Source: Octopus sinensis
Taxonomy: Eukaryota
Assembly: GCF_006345805.1 (NCBI RefSeq)
Contig: NC_043010.1
Span: forward strand, 8,680,001-8,744,000
Length of the DNA: 64,000 nucleotides
Direction: 5' to 3'
Part shown: one piece after another, positions 53,905 to 64,000 of the stretch
Position numbering within the stretch: position 1 is the first letter of the stretch
How the letters are laid out: every line of letters begins with the position of its first letter
Position numbers and translations under genes: made by a program
The notes under the pieces: generated by a model
What the model was told of the DNA's origin: nothing
What the model saw: the letters and a program-made list of their open reading frames with translations, nothing else
Databases searched by the model: none

Positions 53905-54230
53905 GTTTAACGTCCATTTTCTGCGCTAGCACAGGTTGGACGGTTCGACCAGGGTCTGGGAAGCCAGGAGCTGCACCAGGCTCCAGTCTGATCTGGTAGA
54001 GTTTCTACAGCTGGATGCCCTTCCTAACGCCAACCACTCTGCGAGTGTAGTGGGTGCTTTTTACGTGCCACCTGCACAGGTGCCAGGGGGGTCCAGCATC
54101 GGCCACAATTGGTTGGAGCTTTTAATGTGCCACTGGCACGGAAGCCAGCCAAGGCGGCACTGGCAACGGCCACGTTCGGATGGTGCTTTTTATGTGCCAC
54201 CGGCACAGAAGCCAGTCGGGGCAGCGCTGA
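53872..54230 (-). mobile_element. SINE-like family D with a (GAT)n tail
   Basis: Close match to 63803-64000; minus-strand motif TGGCGTTAGGAAGGGCATCCAGCTGTAGAAAC; internal TGGCACRTAAAAAGCACC repeats. Confidence 0.8.
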
Positions 54231-54616
54231 ATAGTTCAGGTGCATGTTATGTGTATACATTTTTGAAAGTGTCCCAGTTAAAATACTGCTATTTAAATGT
54301 ACGTTCCATTATACACACACTGTGTTTACTCATGATGATTAGGTTTAAGTTTAATCACTCTATGTTTGCAAAATGAATTAAAAGGACATGCACTCTTATT
54401 TCATTTCTTTCATGTGATTCTTGGTTAGTTTAGTTGATTTGATTCCTGCTAAGTTTTACCTATTTGTGATACAGCTGTAACTCAGTTTAAGTTATTTCTG
54501 TTAGTTTTATGTATTAGTGATGATGAGAAAGTGTTTATTAATCAAGGTTAGAAAGTTTATAGGAATATTAAACTGAAAATTGAAGGAGAGGATGGATATG
54601 AACAAGGTAACATTTT

Positions 54617-55905
54617 TGTTGTAAGGAGTTAGTAATAATGGTACACCTCTCCCACGTGACGAATGGAATAACCTAGTCACTATAAGTAAAGAGAAGTACG
54701 TGAAATATCAGAGAACATGGTAGGCAGTCAGGGATAGTTGTATCTTTAATGGTATTACTAAGTATACTGTATACTGAAGTGGGCGTTATGATAATCCAAT
54801 ATTAAAAGGATTATAACAGTGGTGACAAGGATTTAAACAACCCACAAGGAGTTAATAAACTCAATGAGGATTTAAACAACTCACTAGGAATCAATTAACT
54901 CGATGGAGCTAAACCAATTCATGTGAAGTCAATAGAAACTCGAAGAGGAGTTAATAAACTCACAAAGTTGGTGTACAAGTTTTTTACATGAATTGTTTGC
55001 AAAATTTGGCATCCCAGACAAGGTAGTGTCTGACAATGGAATACAATTTGTGCCTAGCGAATTAAAAAAATTTAATGAAATGTTCATGGTAGAACATATA
55101 ACTAAGGCACCGTACTATCCCAGATCTAATGGACAGGTAGAATGCTTTGTTGATACCTTCAAAAGAGCCCTTAGATTAATCATATAAGGAAGTTACAGAC
55201 GAAGTTGCACTACAACAATTTTTAAGACACCAAATCCGAATACACCAGCAGGTAGCTCACCAGCGGATCTGATGATTGCAAGTAAAGTAAAATCAGTTTT
55301 TGTTGAATTGCTACCTGGCAAGAAAAGAAAAAGTGCTAGTGAAGACATTACAAAATTCTTTAAAGTTGGTGAAAAGACAAAAAGAATGGAAAGCAGAGTT
55401 GGGAAGATGACGTAATTACCAAATGCTTTGGTAAAATAATGTATTGGGTAAAAAGTAGAAAAGGCATACAAAAGGGACACAGGAACCAACTGAAAAAGGG
55501 ATTCATGGAAAGCGAACCAAATAAGTTGGAGGAACTGATGGAATGGTTGTACAAGAAGTTCCAAGAACCAATGCCACTGCAGGTGATTGAACCTAGGTGT
55601 ACAAGTGAGAGGAAAAGAAAATATACAGAGTTCCTGAAAATAGATGCCAAGCACAAAAAATATTAAAGTGCACGAAAAAATCAAAAAAGGAAGATGGGGT
55701 GAAAAAAATTATTGCTAAATAACATGAAAATTCCTGAGAAAAACTTAAAAGGGGAAATGCTGTAAGGAATTAGTAATAATGGTAAGCCTCTCCCATGTGA
55801 TGAATGGAATAACCTAGTCACTATAAGTAATAAGAAGTACATGAAGTACCAGAGTACATAGTTATGTCTTTACTGGTTTTACTGAGTATACAGTATACCA
55901 AAGTA
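54617..55905 (+). mobile_element. Internally deleted Gypsy-type LTR retrotransposon, about 1.3 kb
   Basis: 5' LTR TGTTGTAA..TTATAACA at 54617-54818; PBS-like TGGTGACAAGGAT at 54820. Integrase remnant FAKFGIPDKVVSDNGIQF..PYYPRSNGQVECFVDTFKRAL (54993-55187). PPT AAAAGGGGAAA at 55747-55757; 3' LTR from 55758, degraded after about 55905. Confidence 0.9.
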
Positions 55906-56919
55906 AGTATACCAAGTATACAGCATACTATGTATACAGTATACTATGTATATAGTATACTAAAGGCTGACTTTGTCTTTCATCCTTCCAGAGTCTATAA
56001 AAAAAGGAGCAATTGAAACCAGTGAGGTTGATCTAATCAACTTAGTCCTGTCACCAATATTTCTGGCCTTGTGCTAGAATTCGAAACCAATATATTTTAG
56101 ATTAATATTTATGAGGTTTTCAACTAGGTTTGTTGTATTTTTCAGGAACTTGGATAGAGATAATGCCTAAGAACTTTACCATGGTCAGGTTTCTGCTAAT
56201 AGTTATTTTAAGGTCAAAATTACTGAGGCTGTTCATACAGCCTCTTCTAAGACAATTTATTATATGTCTATTGATATGCTGGAATACAGCCAACTATTAT
56301 CATATAAACCTCTATGCTGTGTGGTGAATTTGTTTTTGAATGTTTGTAGTGTATATAGACCAAAAAGATTGCATACCTCTTGTGCTGTCAAATGATCCTT
56401 AAACTAAGGTGAACAAATCTCTGATCTACAACTTGGAATTAAAGGTAATCTAACTATGACCATCTTGTCCTTTTTAAGGAGCAGTATATTTTAGATTCCA
56501 TTATCTAATGAGTTCAGCTTTTAATATGGTAGGGAATGATGTGAGAGAGATTTAGTGACTATTTTTGCAGCCTCCTCGTTGGTTCAATACTTCTTAATTA
56601 AGCAAACTTGAGTAAGCTAAATTATGAGTTTGCTCTGGAGATTAATATACATAACGGATAGTGTAAGAGTTGAGCATATGATCATATGTTTACTAGTCTA
56701 ATACATTATTCTCTTACTCTATGTGTTTGATACAAAACAATGCAATACTAATTGCTACTAAGGCTGGTTAGTTATGTAGATTCTCTGCGTAGCAAGCCTG
56801 CTTCTTTCTCTTCTCAGATACCTTAACCAAATTCATCTAGCATAAACACCCACTTAACCTGGGTTTTGTTATCTTGCATCACCATCCTCATCCTCCTCCT
56901 CCTCCTCCTCCTCATCATC

Positions 56920-56973
<54 letters not shown>

Positions 56974-56990
56974 GTCATCATTATCATTGA

Positions 56991-57101
56991 TGTAGTTGAT
57001 ACTCTTAGTGAAAGCATATGGCTCAGTGGTTAGAGTGTCAGGTTCACAAGCATGAGGTAGTGAGTTTAGTTCCCTGACCAGGCTGTGTGTTGTGTTCTTG
57101 A
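56991..57101 (+). repeat. Inverted duplicate of 58219-58332 (SINE head plus flanking DNA)
   Basis: About 110 bp matching the reverse complement of 58219-58332 with 4 transitions and a 2-bp indel, including the non-SINE flank ttgatactcttagtgaa. Confidence 0.9.
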
Positions 57102-57309
57102 CCATCAACTACATAGTGACCTCAGTAGATATGGTGGAATGAAACAGAAGCAACCGTTGCATGCTGTAAAGTGTTTGACGTCAGGAAGAGCATTGAACCA
57201 CAGAGACCATTTTGAAACAGACAGCGAAATATGAAACAGTGCTTGGATCCATTGGATCTTGTCAAACAATACAACCCCTTACCAGCATGGAACATAGGCA
57301 TTATATGGT

Positions 57310-57606
57310 AATGATGACGATGATGATGATGATGATGGTGATGATGGTGATGATGATGATGATGAGGATGAGGATGAGGAGGAGGAGGATGAGGATGGTG
57401 ATGAGGATGGTGAGGATGAGGATGGTGAGGATGAGGATGAGGATGATGATGAGGAGGAGGAGGAGGATAAGGATGAGGATGGTGATGATGATGATGATGA
57501 GGAGGATGAGGATGGTAATGACGATGATGATGATGAGGATGGTGATGACGATGATGATGACGAGGATGAGGATGAGGATGAGGATGAGGATGGTGATGCT
57601 GATGAC
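57310..57606. repeat. (GAT/GAG/GGT)n triplet repeat
   Basis: Direct reading; follows a diverged family-D-like tail (about 57155-57310). Confidence 0.95.
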
Positions 57607-57970
57607 AATGAAAGATGTCCAAGCAACAGTCGAGAAGGTAAGCCACTAATTTGGTTGAAAAGAGGTAAAGAACAAAGAATACAGTAACAAGGAGTTAAGG
57701 TTGGTAGCCAGTTGATATCACAAGTGAAGTGTCACAGCAGCGATGAGGTACTGGTGCACAACAAAACAACAAAGGAAGTCTCTAAAATGATGAACATTTT
57801 CTTCTGATGTTTCCATAGGCTTTCTAGTGACTGGCCTGCGGAGCTTCTAACTAACAACGCTTTTGTCTGTGAGTTGTTTGAATATAGACATTGTTTTTTT
57901 AAAATCATCTTAAAACAATGTGTGTGTGTATGTTTGTATAAAGGGAGTAATTACTAAGAGTAAAAAAAAA

Positions 57971-58308
57971 TGGGTAAAGACCCCCTTCAGTCAAGAATGA
58001 ACATGGGATTGCATCTAGAAAGTTCTCCTCTGAGGCACAAGTCTGGGCAAGGTTGTTTATGGAAGACGAGCAGTCACCCATGCATACTAGTCTCCCCTCT
58101 CCGCATCATCAATGTTATCCAAGGGAAAGGCAAAGGCCGATACAGCTTGACACCAGTGATGCTACAACTTATTTCTACAGCTGAGTGAACTGGAGCAATG
58201 TGAAACAAAGTGTTTTGCTCAAGAATACAACACACAGCCCGGTCAGGGAACTGAACTCACTACCTCATGTTTGTGAACCTGACACTCTAACCACTGAGCC
58301 ATATGCTT
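57971..58308 (-). mobile_element. tRNA-derived SINE family E
   Basis: Minus-strand head GCATATGGCTCAGTGGTTAGAGTGTCAGG..GAGTTCAGTTCCC. An older relative lies at about 28440-28605. Confidence 0.8.
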
Positions 58309-58993
58309 TCACTAAGAGTATCAACTCTACAAATGTGGTCACCCAGAATATGACACATACTTGGTCCCAGCAGCATCAATGAGCAAGTTCTCTTTTTTTT
58401 TAATCATATTGACATATATATCTAATATCACTTTATATAATCAATTTTAGAAGTTAATTCATTCAAAACTTAATTAATGGGATTATTTATCATTATAAGT
58501 ACCTAATCGAGGTGAGATGTTTTTTTCTATGTTAGACATTACTATATATAACATATTTATATATGGTGTTTTAACTGTCTTACTATGCTAAGTAACTATA
58601 ATGGGAAGTTTGATGAGTTACCAGAATGTCAGATAAAATACTTTGCATTATTTGTTATGGTTCTCTCCATCCTCAGTTCAAATCCCATGAGGTCAACTCC
58701 TCTTCCACATTTTTTAAAGTTAATCATAGAGTATCTTGTGGCTTCAAGATTGTGATAATGTGTTTATTTTAGGTGTGAGAGGTTGGATCTGGCCACTTTC
58801 AGCATAAAACAGGTAGAGTTTTTGGGCCAGATACGGCCAGTTTAAATGTTAAAGGGTTAAATAGACCAAGCGTATTGTGATGGGCTTCCAATGACAGATG
58901 GAGCCACATGTTGATTGGAGCACTAGTATAGAAACACACACACATATGTATGTATGCATGTATTCATCTACCTACCTACGTATGCATGCACGC

Positions 58994-59031
<38 letters not shown>

Positions 59032-59032
59032 T

Positions 59033-59087
<55 letters not shown>

Positions 59088-59478
59088 ATATCTATCTATC
59101 TGTGTGTGTGTTTGTGTGTTTGTGTGTATGTGTGTATGTGTGTGTGTGTGTGTATGTATACATCTAACAGCAGCAATGATGGTGATAGCAACAACAGTGA
59201 GGACAACGATGATGATGATGATAATGTTAACGATAACATGCACTTTATATAAACACACACACTCATATATATTTGTTTATATATGTGTGCATGTACATAT
59301 GTTGATGAGAGCAATTTGGTTCTTTATAGCATTGAAGATAACCTTAAGTACCAGATTGTGCCTCCATGTATATCTTTTCAATGCCAGTAAACAGTTTGAA
59401 AGAATATGTTTCGTGTTTTAACTTTTCTGCCTCTGCATGTTGTTTGCAAAACATAATTTGTATATACACATACATATA

Positions 59479-59884
59479 TAGGCACAGGAGTGGCTGTGTG
59501 GTAAGTAGCTTGCTTACCAACCACATAGTTCCGGGTTCAGTCCCACTGCATAGCATCTTGGGCAAGTGTCTTCTGCTATAGCCCCGGGCCGACCAATGCC
59601 TTGTGAGTGGATTTGGTAGACGGAAACTGAAAGAAGTCTGTCGTATATATGTATATATATATATGTGTGTCTGTATGTGTTTGTGTGTTTGTGTTTGTCC
59701 CCCTAGCATTGCTTGACAACCGATGCTGGTGTATTTACGTCCCCCTCACTTAGCGGTTCGGCAAAAGAGACCGATAGAATAAGTATTGGGCTTACAAAGA
59801 ATAAGTCCCGGGGTCGATTTGCTCAACTAAAGGCGGTGCTCCAGCATGGCCGCAGGACTGAAACAAGTAAAAGAGTAAAAGAGT
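59479..59884 (+). mobile_element. OK-like SINE
   Basis: Full-length copy with GTAAAAGA tail. Confidence 0.9.
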
Positions 59885-61586
59885 ATATATATGTATTTAT
59901 ATATGTTTGTGTGCACATATATTTGCATATATCATCATCACAAACATCATCATCACAAACTTCCTTTTACATCTACTTCCATGTTGGCATAATTGGTATG
60001 GGCCATTGCTGCACTTCTAGATGGGCTGGAGGATCTCATCTCACCCATAAGTTTCCCTTTTCATGCTGTTTCTACACCTGGTAGCTCTACTTAACACCAA
60101 CCAGTTTACAGAATCCATTTGATGTATTTTATTGTGGTACTAGCACTTGAGAGGATAGGGGTGTGACAGCAATACATGTACACACACACACATACACATA
60201 TTTGTATGTATGTATGTATATATATATGCATACATATGTTCCCCCCCTCCACCATTGTCCTTCCAACTGTTTTGGAGTACCTCGTAGATCGATCTCTCTG
60301 TACCATTGGATTATGTCACCATATTCATCCAGAGTACACCATTTCTACATATGTATACTCACATGCACACACACACAGACACACACACACATACATACAC
60401 TCACATACATACATGTATGACACACACATAGATAAAACAATACACTTAGTGCTATCTTTCCTGTTTCTCTTTCCTTCAACACTGTCAGCCAGCTCACTCT
60501 GTCTTCCCACCTCACGTTCACTTTTACTTTCATTTTCCCACTTTGATTCATCTTTTGCAGTCATCATCTCTTCTGCCTACTCTATTAGTGATGTTGCCCT
60601 GACCAGAAACAATATACAATGGTGAGGAGACTCTTTTGTGTAACAGAGGACGAGGCAACCTCACTAGTGCTGTTGCCACAATAAAACGCATCCAATATAT
60701 ACTGTAAAGTGATTGCCACTAACATAGATCTAAAAAGACACATTGGTTTGTCATTTGAGGACATGGCAACTTCTCTAATGTTGGCAACACAATAGAATGC
60801 TCCTAGTACACTCAATAAAATAGTCTGTGTTAGGGTATCAAGCAAGTGAAATGAAATATAATAGGGAAGTGTGCATATTTGATGCATCTAAAAGTGCAAG
60901 AGCTGCAAATAAAACCTGAGTTAGACAGTGAAGATTTGACCAAATCAAACCAGTGTGGAAAGCAGACATAAAATGTAGATGACGGTAATGATGTTGATGA
61001 TGATGATGGTAGCAACAACAAAGATGGTGACGATGATGCTGACAATGAAGGCAATGATGACAACGATAATGACAGTGCCCATGACAATGGCAGCAACAAC
61101 TATGGCAACGATGATGAAGGTGGCTACGATGGCGCCGATGCCAATGGCAGCAATGATGGGCGATGGCAAAGATGGTGAAGGCAACATCAGTAGTAACAAT
61201 GATGACGACGATGATGACGATGATGATGATGATTAAAATGATAATGATAACATGTGCTTTATTGGTTGTTTTTTGGGGGGTTTTTTTTGTAGGAGAGCTC
61301 TTCACATCAATTTCTCTCAAATTATGTTTGTTTCAATAGTAATTAGAACCTAAAATATGCTTTTCCTTTCTTCTTTCTTCTTTCTTACTCTTTCATACAT
61401 TGTAGTCACAATATTGTTTTCCCTTTAAATTGAAATTTAAAAAAAAAAAAATGTATCTATAAGAATAAATTCAAGAAAATAAGATCTAAAAATATTTCAA
61501 TATAAAACAATAAAGAAGCTAAATAAATGAAATATCTAAATGAAATATATATTTATTGTTTCTTTTTCTTTTCACTTTTTATTTTT

Positions 61587-61629
<43 letters not shown>

Positions 61630-63190
61630 TTATATATATATGTTTATATATTGTTTTAAACAGAAGTTATAGTGAGTGTCACAAGATAAGAATTATTCAA
61701 GCTTTTAAAATCTTCACAATGTGGACAGGTCTGTAAAGTAAGTCCAACATTGGCAGCAAAATGGGGAAAATTCTTCCTTGAATACAGCAGAATATTAACA
61801 CACTGAATAAACGGTTTTATTTCTATAAGTAATGTTTTATGAAATAAAGATTCCTACTCCAAAATCAATATTCAATAACAAATGAGAAAAAAAAAAAAAG
61901 AAACATATTCATATATATGTGGTGTATTGATTTTTAAAATTTTCTTTTATTCATTTATTTATTTATTTATTAATCTCACTCTGTTAATTTGTAAAATTAT
62001 TCATACGTTCTCTTCTTTTATTGTTTTCAATTTTTTTTTTATAAATTAAATATGAAGATTTTTTTTGATTTTTTATTCCAATATTTTTTATACTTTTATA
62101 AATAATATCAACTAATTAGAAAATGTGATTGTACATTAATATAATTAAACACTGAATAGATGCAGCTGAATTCTATGTAACAAAATTCAATGAGAGAAAG
62201 AATGCAAGCTAAATATCTATCTCCATTGTACTTCTTTCAGTATTCACTTCCATAATCTTCTTATATATTCCTTTAATTGACTTTCAATGAACATTGAAAG
62301 CAGACATCTTTGGAATTTTTATAGAAGAATAATGAAATGTTAATTTTTTTTTATAACATTATAACAATTTTTTCTATTTTTTTTTTTTGTTTTTGTTCTT
62401 TTACTTTATGTTCCCTGAAATGTCCACAATATAACACTGTATAGAATAATTGATGCTTTTTTATGCTGATTGTGGTGTTGAAAATGATAATTTGATTCCT
62501 GATAGAAATCTTTTGGATGAATTCAATGTGTATGGCCTGAATAAATGATGTTTACTTCTCCACAGACATCTTACTCTAGTATTAACTATGTTATTACTAT
62601 CCAATTGTAAATGGCAAACCTGATTCGCTACATATAAAATAAGAATAATAAAAAGGAAAAAAAAAATGTTAAAATTGCTGGAAAATGACCTCAAGTTTGG
62701 ATAGATTTGTACATTCTCTATTATTCTTTTCCATTAGAAAAGCCAGGAGATATAAAAATATTTAGATATGATTTTAGAATTGGCAATATTGTTCTGAACA
62801 AACTTGAATTGTAAATGGAAGATAACCTTATATAGACACTCTATTTGTACAGTTAACCACTGTAATCAGTTTTTCAGTTTTATTGTATATAATCTTGGAA
62901 AAAAAAACAAGCCTTGATAAAATATTTGTTTACTTTATATCATCCATGGAATCAAGCTAGCCTTGAATATCTAAGACTTTTCTCTGGATATGAAAATAAT
63001 GATATAGGCAAAATTCAGTTTTGGGGAAAATTTAGGTCTATGATATAGTTGTAAACATTAGCAACTCACATGAATTTTAATATGATCTTGGTGAATATAT
63101 TTGTATTTCTTGATTACTGCTTCCATCTTACTTTCAACATTAACAACTTCTGCTTTCTTTTGTTCAGCATAGTATTCACATTAAAGGTTT

Positions 63191-63570
63191 AGGCGCAATG
63201 GCCCAGTGGTTAGGGCAGCGGACTCGCGGTCGTAGGATCGTGGTTTTGATTCCCAGACCAGGCGTTGTGAGTGTTTATTGAGCGAAAACACCTAAAAGCT
63301 CCACGAGGCTCCAGCAGGGGATGGTGGTGATCCCTGCTGTACTCTTTCACCACAACTTTCTCTCACTCTTACTTCCTGTTTCTGTTGTACCTGTATTTCA
63401 AAGGGCCGGCCTTGTCACTCTCTGTGTCACGCTGAATATCCTCGAGAACTACGTTAAGGGTACACGTGTCTGTGGAGTGCTCAGCCACTTACACATTAAT
63501 TTCACGAGCAGGCTGTTCCATTGATCGGATCAACCGGAACCCTCGTCGTCGTAACCGACAGAGTGCTTCC
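63191..63570 (+). mobile_element. OR1-like SINE
   Basis: tRNA-like head GGCGCAATGGCCCAGTGGTTAGGGCAGCGGACTCGCGG; 14-bp TSD attcacattaaagg at 63174-63187 and 63571-63584. Confidence 0.9.
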
Positions 63571-63802
63571 ATTCACATTAAAGGGTTGTTGTCTAGTTTT
63601 TAGGGTGTCAGGATCATAAGGTCAGGGTTTCAAATTCTGGGTATGAAACATTTTGTCACAACTGTTTGGGTGTCACTTACTTGGCATCGTTAACTTGACA
63701 CTGACTTATTTGACAATAGATGTTTCTCTGTTTCTCTTGTTTTCTCCCTACCCTGCGATCCCTTTGTCCCTTTCTGTTTCTGTCCATCTGTATTTGTGTT
63801 TC

Positions 63803-64000
63803 ATCATCATCATCATCATCATCATCGTTTAACATCCGTTTTCCGTGCTAGCACGGGTTGGACGGTTCGATCGGGGTCTGGAAAGCTAGGAGGCTGCACC
63901 AGGCTCCAGTCTGATCTGGCAGTGTTTCTACAGCTGGATGCCCTTCCTAACGTCAACCACTCCGTGAGTGTAGTGGGTGCTTTTTACGTGCCACCTGCAC
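63803..64000 (-). mobile_element. SINE-like family D, running off the window edge
   Basis: Homologous to 53872-54077. Confidence 0.8.

Noticed and set aside
55193-55684. 163-aa minus-strand ORF
   Set aside because: Antisense shadow of the decayed Gypsy integrase region.
57122-57649. His/Pro-rich, Met/Arg-rich and poly-Ser ORFs
   Set aside because: Triplet repeat open in several frames on both strands, with no non-repetitive coding content.
63192-63262. tRNA-like sequences at SINE heads (also 2348, 8692, 57012)
   Set aside because: Each continues into a SINE body, some with TSDs, and lacks a clean cloverleaf; not tRNA genes.

Overview
AT-rich, microsatellite-dense eukaryotic DNA, very probably from an octopus (coleoid cephalopod); this is inferred from the protocadherin type and SINE families. 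The only convincing coding sequence is one large minus-strand protocadherin exon (ATG 32818 to a phase-0 donor at 30413, 802 codons). It encodes a signal peptide, six cadherin repeats, a TM helix and the start of the cytoplasmic tail, and has a splice acceptor 79 nt upstream of the ATG. Splice signals suggest further exons: an in-frame 21-nt microexon (29407-29427), a possible non-coding leader exon about 16 kb upstream (ending 49017) and a 62-nt exon (4020-4081). None is confirmed. The rest is repeats: several tRNA-derived SINE families (many with TSDs), RTE and CR1-like LINE fossils, a DD34D mariner fossil, TTAA piggyBac-type MITEs, an internally deleted Gypsy LTR element, Penelope-like fragments with hammerhead-like motifs, two ~220-bp foldback palindromes, a local inverted duplication and four near-identical tandem duplications (three with junctions in microsatellites). 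Almost all other ORFs in the track are translated microsatellites or SINEs. Identities were counted by eye and no database searches were run.
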